A stretch of 64,000 bases of DNA. Origin: Candidatus Poribacteria bacterium (GTDB lineage Bacteria; Poribacteria; WGA-4E; WGA-3G). The notes below the pieces were generated by a model, which worked only from the letters and a program-made list of their open reading frames with translations, had not been told where the DNA came from and did no database searches. Positions 28,750 through 39,200 of the stretch are shown one piece after another. The position numbers and the translations under genes were made by a program. Position 1 is the stretch's first letter, and every line of letters starts with the position of its first letter. The stretch lies in NCBI GenBank assembly GCA_965197475.1, contig CBDANF010000002.1, forward strand, positions 1,248,001 to 1,312,000, read 5' to 3'.

Positions 28750-29020
28750 GTGATTGGTATTAACTCCGGTGTGCTTGCAAATAGGAAGATGCTTTGATTA
28801 CTTTCTGAATGTTAATGCCTATATTTTATCAGTTACCCATCAATTTATCAAAAGGTATATTGAAAATGTCCTTGACAAATATCCGACTTATGTGTCAAAA
28901 TAAGAATTATAATCAAAGTGCTGATCTAACAAAACGTAGCCTATGTAAAATCTAAAATACCTATACATTGAAATTAAATCATACTTCCAAGTTTCAGGAA
29001 AACATACTAAGGAGTTTAAC

Positions 29021-29674
29021 ATGCAAACGGATCCGAATCACACGGAAGAAAAAGAACTTCCGCTTTTTCCGTTGAATGTTGTGTTGTTCCCTGGTGGTTT
29101 GCTGGCGTTATACATTTTTGAACAGCGTTATCGTGAAATGGTGAAGTTTTGTATCAGAAACGAATCGTCCTTTGGCATTGTCTTGATTAAAAAAGGTGAG
29201 GAGGTCGGTGAAGCAGCAACGCCTTGTAAAATTGGCACCGCAGTTGATTTGGTTGAAGTTGATCGGTTTCCAGATGGGCGTATGAATATCATGACATCTG
29301 GACACTCTCGGTTTGAGATATTGGAAGTTGACGACGAATTGCCGTATTTGGTGGCACGGGTGCGGGTGTTAGATTCGTTAGACGCAGAACCCGACATAAG
29401 ACTGGAAAATATTGCTGCGGAAACTCGTGAACTCTACATTGAATATGAAACGTTATCAAGTTATTTGATATTTGGATGGCAGCCGCCGGATAACGATCCC
29501 CAACATCCACAACAATTAGCGTATCAAATTGGAACAAGGTTGCGTATCTCACTTGATGAAAAACAGGAACTTTTAGAAATTGCTTCTTTTGACGAACTCC
29601 TTAAACGTGAAATTGAAATTTTGAAAATTCAGAATCAACAAATAGCTTTTCAATTGGCAGCACGAAATAATTGA
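29021..29674 (+). CDS. LON peptidase substrate-binding domain protein
   Basis: LPLFPL.VVLFPG..L.IFEQRY, DGRMNI; AAGGAG RBS. Confidence 0.9.
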   Translation: MQTDPNHTEEKELPLFPLNVVLFPGGLLALYIFEQRYREMVKFCIRNESSFGIVLIKKGEEVGEAATPCKIGTAVDLVEVDRFPDGRMNIMTSGHSRFEILEVDDELPYLVARVRVLDSLDAEPDIRLENIAAETRELYIEYETLSSYLIFGWQPPDNDPQHPQQLAYQIGTRLRISLDEKQELLEIASFDELLKREIEILKIQNQQIAFQLAARNN

Positions 29675-29823
29675 CTCCCGATTACCACGATAAGGTTTTT
29701 GACGCATTATTATAGCATTCGATATTACGTGTTTTAACGTATTGTTGGTGTCCATTGTTATATGAAAAGGTTTTTAATAGTGTTCACATTGGTGCGTATG
29801 ACACCGGTAGGTCGAAGAGATCC

Positions 29824-30456
29824 ATGGCACTCAAGGCTCCTATTCACCAATTCACTGAAACTCGGACGATCCATATTTCAGGGAGAGATTTCTTATATAT
29901 AAGCAATCTCATTTCAGCGTTCAGACTGCTGATAGTCCCGGTTCTCTTTTGGTTGATTTATCAGGAGAACTATAAACCCGCGATTGTGGTGGGCGGAATA
30001 GCGGTTATTTCAGATCTGCTGGATGGATTTTTTGCGCGAGCGTTGAATCAACACTCGGAACTCGGTTATATTCTTGACCCAATTGCTGATAAATTCGCTA
30101 TTGGTGCTGGAATTTTTGCTCTCGTTTTATCAAGAAATTCCGAATTCCCAATGTGGGCATTTGCAGCAGTGGTTTTCAGAGATGTGGCAATTGTGGTAGG
30201 CAATGCATACCTTGCTTATAAAGCCAAAATGATTACGCGTTCTAATTGGTGGGGTAAGTGTACTAGTTTTTCATTGTCAGTCGCATTGATGCTATACCTT
30301 ATTCGTCCAATACAGCCAGAACTGTTCCCAGAGTGGGTTGATTTTTTTACGCTGTGCATCGCTTTAGTATTTGTAGGGATTTCCACGGTGAGTTACGCTC
30401 AGCACATGTTTCGTGTACTAAAAAACGCTTCAATTCAAACAAAAGCTGCACACTAA
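29824..30456 (+). CDS. CDP-alcohol phosphatidyltransferase (PgsA/cardiolipin synthase-like)
   Basis: SDLLDGFFAR...LGYILDPIADK signature. Confidence 0.9.
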   Translation: MALKAPIHQFTETRTIHISGRDFLYISNLISAFRLLIVPVLFWLIYQENYKPAIVVGGIAVISDLLDGFFARALNQHSELGYILDPIADKFAIGAGIFALVLSRNSEFPMWAFAAVVFRDVAIVVGNAYLAYKAKMITRSNWWGKCTSFSLSVALMLYLIRPIQPELFPEWVDFFTLCIALVFVGISTVSYAQHMFRVLKNASIQTKAAH

Positions 30457-30544
30457 CATCATGACAGTATTGACACTATCTATACAAGTGATATGTGGGA
30501 ACCTCAGTAGCGAAATTTAATTATAATCGGTTAGGAAAATTAAA

Positions 30545-30973
30545 ATGGAACTCTATTTGAATCCTTCTGACGTGGCCGAAGTGATCGGTGTTGATGAGGA
30601 AATAATAAAACAGACCTTGGACCGGAAACATGCAGAAATTGAGCCCTTTCTCCGTGTTGTCGCTACACCTTTAGAAGAAGGGGTGGAACCGAAAGCAATT
30701 ACCCAATTAAGAATCGATGGCTTAGCACCATTGATAACACAACTAAGTTACAATATCCCTACAAATGACATAATTGAAAATCTTATTTGTCAAGTCGTTC
30801 ACATCGCCTACCTCCGGGAAAATAATGAAAAATTGGAAACAGAAATTGCTGAACTCCGAGAAAAAGTTAAATCTCTTCAAGAGGAAAGAGCTGATTTGCG
30901 GGTCCAGATTCACAACTTACAAGAAGAAAAACCGAAGAGCTGGAAAAATAGATTATTCAAAATTGGAGATTGA
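30545..30973 (+). CDS. Hypothetical protein with HTH-like N-terminus and coiled coil
   Basis: LNPSDVAEVIGV, long heptad region, amphipathic KSWKNRLF tail. Confidence 0.65.
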   Translation: MELYLNPSDVAEVIGVDEEIIKQTLDRKHAEIEPFLRVVATPLEEGVEPKAITQLRIDGLAPLITQLSYNIPTNDIIENLICQVVHIAYLRENNEKLETEIAELREKVKSLQEERADLRVQIHNLQEEKPKSWKNRLFKIGD

Positions 30974-31013
30974 GCGAGTTTCTCGGATATGTTAATCTTT
31001 CTTGAAATAGCTT

Positions 31014-31640
31014 ATGATAAAACAGAAACGAAATAAGTTAATCGCTATCGGGTTTTTTGTTCTTAGCACTGTTTTTCTCTATGTAGAACTGGGAAATATA
31101 TCGACTATTCCCAAAGTTTTCACGCAAATTGATGTGCTGCTCAAAGGAATTGCGTTTGTGATGTTAAGCATTGCCGCGATTCTTGCCAGCGTTTCTTTTG
31201 AGAACAAACTACGTATATCACTTATTTCAACAATTGGTTTGGGAATCGGACTTGGATTTCTCTATCTTCCTGTTCCATCAATTTTCCGCAGTTCTGCATT
31301 TCATATCCTCTTCAGTAGTGCCATTGCGTTCGGGATTACAACTCCTGCTAAAAAGATCGCCTCAGTTGTGTCAGCTATTTCTGTTTGTATCGGGATCGTT
31401 TTTCTCTATCAATCCTTTTTTCCAGCACTCAGTAGCACTTCATTATATCTGATTTTACCGGGGATGATTGTGTTTTCTATTGTCTATTCACAGAAAACTT
31501 TGTGTGAACGGATATCGATTGGATTAATAGCTCTCGGTTTAATTTCTCTTTGCCAACCGTTTCTAATTCTATTTTATCAAACAGGATTTCATTTACTACT
31601 TGGGGGGTTAACCGGATTTATTGTCGTAGCACATAGGTAA
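31014..31640 (+). CDS. Multi-pass membrane protein
   Basis: 7-8 hydrophobic segments with an internally repeated helix pattern. Confidence 0.7.
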   Translation: MIKQKRNKLIAIGFFVLSTVFLYVELGNISTIPKVFTQIDVLLKGIAFVMLSIAAILASVSFENKLRISLISTIGLGIGLGFLYLPVPSIFRSSAFHILFSSAIAFGITTPAKKIASVVSAISVCIGIVFLYQSFFPALSSTSLYLILPGMIVFSIVYSQKTLCERISIGLIALGLISLCQPFLILFYQTGFHLLLGGLTGFIVVAHR

Positions 31641-31735
31641 GTCAATTCTATGGAAGATGAAAATAGTTTCCTACAAAACACATCCTCCAAATCACCCCAA
31701 TAGTTGCCCAATTATAAGATACCCAAATTTCGCTT

Positions 31736-32860
31736 ATGGCATCTGCCAAATCAACACAAATTGTCATCGTCGGTGCTGGTGTAATAGGTGCTTCAATAGC
31801 CTATTACCTATCCCGTCGAACGAACCATATTATAACTGTGCTTGAGAGTGACATTCCCGGATCAGGTGCATCTGGACATTCCTTTGCTTGGGTGAATGCT
31901 TTTGGAAAAGATCCGCGCGATTACCATTCGCTGAATAGACGTTCGTTGGATATGTGGTATCGGTTAGCGCATCAACTTGATGCGGATATAGGTATCCATT
32001 CTGGCGGTGAAATGCGGTGGGAAAGCACAAAAGAACGGGCTGTGCAGCTGCAAAGGCGTATCCAGCAGCTTCAAACATGGGGGTATCCATGCAGACTCAT
32101 TACGCGGGACGAGATGTTGGCATTGGAACCACACTTAAATCTAGGTCCTGTGGAAACTGCATCCCATTCCGAAGCAGATATACACATAGACACTGATAAA
32201 TTTATTTCCGTATGTCTCAAACGCGCACGAGAATCTGGCACTTTGGTACATTCACACACCAGAGTGGTAGGTTTTGATGTTCTCAAAGATAAAATAGCTG
32301 CAGTCCAGACAAATGATGCGGAATTTCCGTGTGATGTCGTTGTTTTGGCGAGTGGTGTTCAGACTACCGAACTGGCTTCCTTAGTTGGTGTCCACATTCC
32401 GCAACAACGCAGTCCAGGGATCGTAATTAAAACAACGCCGTGTACCTCAGTTTTACATAGTGCCGCGGTCATTCATGCCCCACCAACAAATAAAAACCAT
32501 CAACACCTACACCTTCGGCAATTAGCGGATGGAACGCTCAGAATTGGGCAAGGCACCCAAGAAGGAATAAACCGTGACGACTCGCAAGACCACGCTGACG
32601 CGCTTCTTGCTCAAGCCAAAACCTACCTGCCAATAATAGGACATGCCGAAGCAATCCCGACCCCTGTCGGATATCGTCCGATGCCACTTGATGGATATCC
32701 GGTAATTGGGTTTACCGATACGGTTCCAAATCTGTATATTGCCTTAATGCACAGTGGTGTAACCTTAGCACCTTTAGTGGGTGAAATGGCGACATTGGAA
32801 ATCGCAGATGGTGCGCAAGTGGATTGGTTCACACCTTATCGATTAGAGCGGTTTGGGTAA
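31736..32860 (+). CDS. FAD-dependent oxidoreductase (DadA/glycine oxidase family)
   Basis: VIVGAGVIG, GASGHS, GYRPMPLDGYPVIG and HSGVTLAP motifs. Confidence 0.9.
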   Translation: MASAKSTQIVIVGAGVIGASIAYYLSRRTNHIITVLESDIPGSGASGHSFAWVNAFGKDPRDYHSLNRRSLDMWYRLAHQLDADIGIHSGGEMRWESTKERAVQLQRRIQQLQTWGYPCRLITRDEMLALEPHLNLGPVETASHSEADIHIDTDKFISVCLKRARESGTLVHSHTRVVGFDVLKDKIAAVQTNDAEFPCDVVVLASGVQTTELASLVGVHIPQQRSPGIVIKTTPCTSVLHSAAVIHAPPTNKNHQHLHLRQLADGTLRIGQGTQEGINRDDSQDHADALLAQAKTYLPIIGHAEAIPTPVGYRPMPLDGYPVIGFTDTVPNLYIALMHSGVTLAPLVGEMATLEIADGAQVDWFTPYRLERFG

Positions 32861-33051
32861 CCTACAAAAAGGATAATTCATTGATGGCAATTGAATTGAG
32901 CATTCACAAGGTTAAAACTGGAGTAACTTGCAAAAATCTATGTGTCCATTTGTATTACATCTCACATTCAGAATTTCAAAACATTCCAAATAATACCATT
33001 TCTAAGAGATTGTATTGCATTATTTCGTCCGTCGGGTAGAGCTTGCGATAT

Positions 33052-33480
33052 CCTTATGCGTCAATTTTAGTGTTATGCGGTGGAAAAAATGGACACCTGT
33101 CGCCCCTCTGGGGCTTGGTAAACACAGACATCAGCTGCTATACACCTCATGCAGCATGCCATACGCGCATGCTGCATCTCCGAGGCTATAGTCAATCGTA
33201 TCTCAGCACCAGCGGTGCGGAAGGTGTATAGAAAACAGCCTCAAACAGTCTCTTGAACCCCGCCAAATGCCATACGCGCATTTGGCGTTGATTCGCGGGG
33301 CAGCATGCACTTTTGGCATGCTGCATGAGGTGTCTGACAACACGTACACACACACACATATATATACCTTTCGCCCTCTGGGTTTGAGTTTGGAAGGGTC
33401 GCGTGTCTATACACCTTTCGCCCCTCTGGGGCTTAGATATCCAAAATATAGGTTTATTTCCTTAAATTGACACCTATGGG
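33052..33480. mobile_element. MITE-like element carrying REP-like hairpin repeats
   Basis: Imperfect TIRs ccttatgcgtcaattttag / cttaaattgacacctatggg; internal repeats acacct(g/t)tcgcccctctggggct at 33093 and 33411, plus a degenerate copy near 33365. Confidence 0.6.
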
Positions 33481-33783
33481 TTTATATCAAATTAACCCGA
33501 TTTGTAGTGCAAGGTCCCTGGGTTCTCCTCGCAATGCTGACTTTATCAGAAAACTTCCGCTCATGTAAAAGGTGTGTGCGGTTATTTTCATGAAGGCAAT
33601 GGCCACACGGGTTAAATTTTCATTTGCACTCATTCTTTACATGAGCCAAAACTTCTAATCAAGGTAATCTGGTATTATTAGGTTTCTTTAGCTGCCGGCT
33701 ATCGGTTAAAGATGAACAAAATCGGGCTTACAAAGCCCTTCTACAAGAAGGAAACAATGAATTGCACGACTACGAACTGTTGC

Positions 33784-35025
33784 CTAATCATGACGTAGTG
33801 CTTCAGTTGGGGTGAGACTTGCAGCTTTATTTGCCGGATAGATCCCGAAAAATACGCCGATGAACGCGGAAACACAAAACGCTATAGCAGCTGCTTGAAC
33901 AGAGACAACGGCAGGCCAAGTTGCATCTTTAATCATGAATTTTGAGATGACCCAACCCGATCCGGTCGCAAGCGCACTACCGATAAAAATACCGATAAGC
34001 CCCCCACAAATGCTTAAGACAATTGACTCAATCAGAAATTGGATTAGGATGTCGCTACGCCTTGCACCGATGGCTTTGCGTAACCCGATTTCGCGAGTCC
34101 TTTCTGTTACGGAAACTAACATGATATTCATGATCCCAATACCACCCACAAACAGGGCAATACTCGCAACAGCACCAAGGAGTACCTGAACAATCCGACT
34201 GACATTTCCTACCTGTTTTATGATCTCCTTAGCGGTAAAAAAATCAAAGTATTTTTCATCACCATGTTGTTGCCGAAAGGCGACTTTGATCTCAGCCACA
34301 GCTTGCTCAACTTTTTCATAATTTTCCGCTTGTGCAATCAGCATGATCCAACCTTTCCGTTTGCCGATAAAACGGTTACCCATAGTGGAAAGCGGTATAA
34401 TCACACGATTATCCCAACCTTCACTTGCCATCTGATTACCTTTCGCCTCCATAACCCCGACGACAGTGAACCGTTCTCTGTCAATTTTCAACTCCCTGCC
34501 AATCGGATCCTCCATCTGAAATAGGTCTTTATGCACTTCAGAACCGATCAAACAAATAGGGTCAACCCGTTCCATGTCATCCTCGGTAAAAAACCGGCCC
34601 GTTTCAGCGTACCAGTTATTGACCTCTTGAAAAAACGGTGTAACACCATGCACCTGGAGTGACTGATTAACGTGTCTGTGTGACACACGGCGCACCATAC
34701 CAGATTGTGCGGCAGCGGTTTTAAGAGAGGGGCACGTTTCAAGTATGAATGCGAGATCTTGATACTCAATATATTCCGGATGTTTATTTTCTATGTAAGA
34801 ACCGTCCGGTCTACGGATATGCTCCTTCCGAAAGCAGACGATCATGCCCGCACCACCAACCCGTTCCAATTCTATCAGAATGAGGTGTTCCGCACCACCA
34901 CCAACAGAAACGACTGCAACAACAGCCGCAATACCTATGATAATTCCGAGCATTGTAAGCACGGAACGTAATTTGTTACGCCTGAGTGCTGATAAGCCAA
35001 CGCTAATGCCTTGCGTAATTTGCAT
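33784..35025 (-). CDS. MacB/FtsX-family ABC transporter permease
   Basis: RNKLRSVLTMLGIIIG, GGIGIMNIMLVSVTERTREIGLRKAIGA, GIYPA.KAA.L.P.EALR. Confidence 0.93.
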   Translation of the reverse strand: MQITQGISVGLSALRRNKLRSVLTMLGIIIGIAAVVAVVSVGGGAEHLILIELERVGGAGMIVCFRKEHIRRPDGSYIENKHPEYIEYQDLAFILETCPSLKTAAAQSGMVRRVSHRHVNQSLQVHGVTPFFQEVNNWYAETGRFFTEDDMERVDPICLIGSEVHKDLFQMEDPIGRELKIDRERFTVVGVMEAKGNQMASEGWDNRVIIPLSTMGNRFIGKRKGWIMLIAQAENYEKVEQAVAEIKVAFRQQHGDEKYFDFFTAKEIIKQVGNVSRIVQVLLGAVASIALFVGGIGIMNIMLVSVTERTREIGLRKAIGARRSDILIQFLIESIVLSICGGLIGIFIGSALATGSGWVISKFMIKDATWPAVVSVQAAAIAFCVSAFIGVFFGIYPANKAASLTPTEALRHD

Positions 35026-35054
35026 GGTTCTCTAAGTTCTCGTTACAGGTAATG

Positions 35055-36122
35055 CTACTCCGGTTTCATGGATTCCCCGCGTAACAAAAAGGCACGGATG
35101 TCATATCTACCAGGACGTTCAACAGGCAAATCACCACTTTCAATCATCAAATCAAGCGGGTTTGCATGTGTCCGTAACGGCAATTTAACCACTTCGTGCA
35201 TACGGGCTGATTCATAGATCGCCATGATAATTTCAACAGCGGCGCGGCCGTGTTTTGCTTCCCCACGGTGTTCTGGACCGCCATCAATCCATTCCACCAA
35301 TTCTTTTGCTTGCGCAACGTGTTGGTTAATTCCATCAGACGGGCGTTCTTCCCAATCTGTAGATTTATTGTTGAGGAGGCGGACACGTCCCTCTGTCACA
35401 TCTGCAATTCCGTCAGTCCCGTAGACAATTCCGCCTTGATAGTTAGGTCTACCGATCTCCTGCAGTAGCATGCCGATGCACCCATTTGAAAACCCGACAA
35501 TTCCTGCACTCCGATCCTCAATCTGAATATCGCGTTCGTATCGCTCCGTTTTACGCTCAACGTTGCCAATAACCCATTGAGGAGCGGGATCACCGAGCAC
35601 ATAGCGCATCATATCAAAGAGGTGTGAGCAATCATTCAACAATCCCTGTCCACCGTGACAGACAATCTGTCGTGGTTCGCCTATTGCCCCCTCAGCGATG
35701 AGATTGCGTGCATCTGTCCAGGCGGAATTAAACCGACGTTGGTGACCTATCACAAGTTTCACACCGTTCCGGTTCGCAGCGATTAACATATCATCGCATT
35801 CACCAAGGTTCACGCCCATCGGTTTTTCACATAGGACTGCCTTTGGTGCCCGTGCACACGCTGCGATTGCCATCGGTGCGTGCAGTTTGTGCCACGTTGC
35901 GATGCTGACAATATCAAGATTTTCGCTATCCAGCATCTCCCGCGCATCCAAATAGCAGTTTTGCTCGGATACGTCGTAGGTATTTGCAAACTTGTCAAGT
36001 GCTGTTTGGGCAGGATCAGCGAGCGCGACAATCTCTACTTGCTCAACACCCTCATAACCACGAGCATGCGCATTGGCAATCCCACCACATCCGATAATTC
36101 CGACCCGATATTTTGATGCCAT
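35055..36122 (-). CDS. Gfo/Idh/MocA family oxidoreductase
   Basis: VGIIGCGGIA, LCEKPM, GHQRRF and HLFD motifs. Confidence 0.9.
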   Translation of the reverse strand: MASKYRVGIIGCGGIANAHARGYEGVEQVEIVALADPAQTALDKFANTYDVSEQNCYLDAREMLDSENLDIVSIATWHKLHAPMAIAACARAPKAVLCEKPMGVNLGECDDMLIAANRNGVKLVIGHQRRFNSAWTDARNLIAEGAIGEPRQIVCHGGQGLLNDCSHLFDMMRYVLGDPAPQWVIGNVERKTERYERDIQIEDRSAGIVGFSNGCIGMLLQEIGRPNYQGGIVYGTDGIADVTEGRVRLLNNKSTDWEERPSDGINQHVAQAKELVEWIDGGPEHRGEAKHGRAAVEIIMAIYESARMHEVVKLPLRTHANPLDLMIESGDLPVERPGRYDIRAFLLRGESMKPE

Positions 36123-36255
36123 TTGTTCTCCATATCGCCAATAAAGCGATTTTGCTTTAGACTCAAAATGTTTCGGCACACGACATGTGCCTGCAACTTT
36201 TTAAGGAATAGGCACGCTAAAAAGCGCGCCTATCGGATAATCACTAAATTTAAAA

Positions 36256-39200
36256 CTACTGATTCGCTTGGACGATTTCCGCTTGTGTTTTACCGAAATA
36301 TGAGGCTACCTGAACGAGGTCACGGATATCCACCTTACCATCCATGTTCACATCGCCGGAAAGTTCTTCGCCAGATTCACCGAATTGGTTTGCAACCAAC
36401 ACTAAATCCTGAATATTCACCTTCCCATCGGCATTAAGGTCCCATGGTACTGGTTCTATCGTGGTTGCAGTTGTGATTTCAGCAGTTTTCGTGCTATCTC
36501 CTTTCGATGTAGCGATCACTTTAATTTCATATTCACCCAGTTTTGTGAAGAAATCACCCGCAGCTATAAATGTAACTTCAGCAGAAGCACCGGGAGCAAG
36601 TTCAATCTTCAACTGGCTTGTAGGAATTTCCTGATCGTCAGATTCACTGAACGATCCGAGCACGCTACCTTCAATCCCGATCTCTGCAGAAGAGCCAAGC
36701 ACTACCGTATCGTCGATATTACCGGTGTTTGTGACTGTGATCGTATAACTGACACCCGCAAACATATCCATCGTTGCGCCTTTCAGTTCGCCTTCATCTT
36801 GTAACATTACACCGTAGACCGGCGGAATAGTTGTAGCCGTTGTGATTTCAGCGGTTTTCGTGTTATCGCCTTGTGAGGTTGCCGTAACTTTAACTTCATA
36901 AGTACCCGCAATCGCAAGCGCATCGCCAGAAACTGTCAGTGTCACTTCTGCCGAAGCATTAGGTGCAAGCGAGACAGAGGTTTCACTTAAGGTAGCAGCA
37001 ACATCGCCTGATGTAGCTAAATCTATCATATCATCAGTGTTACCGGTGTTTGTGACTTTGAGCGTATAAGTAACACCTTCACTCGCATCTGCTGTTTCGG
37101 TTGTCAAATCGCCTACGCCTGCCAACGTAACACCATAAACAGGGAGAATAGTTGTCTTTGTTGAAACCTCAACTATTTTCGTATCATCGCCTTGTGAGGT
37201 TGCCATAACTTTAACTTCATAATCACCTGCTTTCGCAAGCGCATCACCAGAAATAGTTAATATAATTTCTGCTGAAGTGCCAGCGGCAAGCGAGACAGAG
37301 GTTTCACTTAAGGTCGCAGAAGCATCACCTGACGTGGCTAAATCTAAAACGTCATCTGTGTTGCCAGTGTTCGTAACTGCGATTGTATAACTAACACCTT
37401 CACCCGCATCTGCTGTTTCGGTTGTCAAATCGCCTACACCTACTAACGTAACATCATAAACAGGGAGAATAGTCGTGGTCGTTGAAATGTCCGCAGTCTT
37501 TGTGCCATCCCCTTGCGAAGTGGCTGTAACCTTGACTTCATAAGCTCCAGCAGTCGCAAGAACATCATCAGAAACAGTTAATATAATTTCTGCTGAAGTG
37601 CCAGCGGCAAGCGAGACAGAGGTTTCACTTAAGGTCGCAGAAGCATCACCTGACGTGGCTAAATCTAAAACGTCATCTGTGTTGCCAGTGTTCGTAACTG
37701 CGATTGTATAACTAACACCTTCACCCGCATCTGCTGTTTCGGTGGTCAAATCGCCTACGCCTGCTAACGTAATGCCATAAACCGGAATAAGCGTTGTGGT
37801 CGTAGTGATTTCAGCGGTTTCTGTGGTATCCCCTTGCGAAGTGGCTGTAACCTTGACTTCGTAATCCCCAAATATTGTTAAGGCACTACCAGAAATCGTC
37901 AATGTTACCTCCGCTGAAGCATTGGCACCAAGCGAGACAGCGGTTTGGCTTAATGTAGCAGTCACATCACCTGATGCTACTAAATCTATCACATCATCTG
38001 TGTTACCGATGTTCGAAACTGCGATCGTATAACTGACATCCTCACCCACATCAGATGTTTCGGTGGTCAAATCGCCTACACCTGCTAACGTAATGCCGTA
38101 AACAGGGAGAATAGAAATAGTCGTGGTCGTTGAAATCTCCGCGGTTTTTGTAGCATCTCCTTGTGAGGTGGCAGTAACTTTGACTTCATAAGCACCTGCA
38201 GTCGCAAGAACATCGTCAGAAACAGTTAATATAATTTCTGCGGAAGCACCCGCACCAAGCGAGACAGCGGTTTGGCTTAAGGTCGCAGAAGCATCACCTG
38301 AAGCACTCAAACTTATTGTATCGTTTGTGTTGCCGGTGTTTGTGACTCGGAGCGTATAACTCACCCCAGCACTTGCATCTATCGTTTCCTTTGTTAATCT
38401 GTCTACACCTGCTAAAGTAACACCGAAAACGGGAAGAATAGTTGTCTTGGTTGAAACCTCTGCCGTTTTTTCGGTATCGCCTTGTGAGGTTGCCGTAACT
38501 TTGACTTCGTAATCTCCGGCAATCGCAAGCGCATCGCCAGAAACTGTCAGTGTCACTTCTGCGGAAGCATTAGGTGCAAGTGATACAGAGGTTTCACTTA
38601 GGGTCGCTGCAACATCGCCTGATGTAGCTAAATCTATCATATCATCTGTGTTGCCGATGTTCGTCACTGCAAGCGTATAACTGACACCTTCACCCGCATC
38701 AGCTGTTTTAGTTGTCAACTCATCCACACCAGATAACGTAACACCGTAAACAGGGAGAATAGTTGTAGTCGTTGATACCTCAGAAGACTTTGTGTTATCT
38801 CCTTGCGAAGTCGCCGTAACTTTGACTTCGTAATCACCAGCAATCGCAAGCGCATCGCCAGAAACTGTCAGTGTCACTTCTGCCGAAATATTAGGTGCAA
38901 GCGAGACAGAGGTTTCACTTAAGGTAACAGCTACATCGCCTGATGTAGCTAAATCTATCATATCATCAGTGTTACCGGTGTTTGTGATTTTGAGCATATA
39001 ACTGACACCTTCACTCGCATCTGCTGTTTCGGTGATCAAATCTCCTACGCCTGCCAACGTAACACCGTAAACAGGGAGAATAGTTGTAGCCGTTGTGATT
39101 TCAGCGGTTTTCGTGTTATCGCCTTGTGAGGTTGCCGTAACTTTAACTTCATAAGTACCCGCAATCGCAAGCGCATCGCCAGAAACTGTCAGTGTCACTT

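Noticed and set aside
32824-33470. Short ORFs 32824, 33043 and 33267
   Set aside because: They arise from intergenic or repeat sequence and lack protein-like features.
33052-33480. Short repeats as a CRISPR array
   Set aside because: The repeats are few, degenerate, irregularly spaced and enclosed by TIRs; no cas genes are present.
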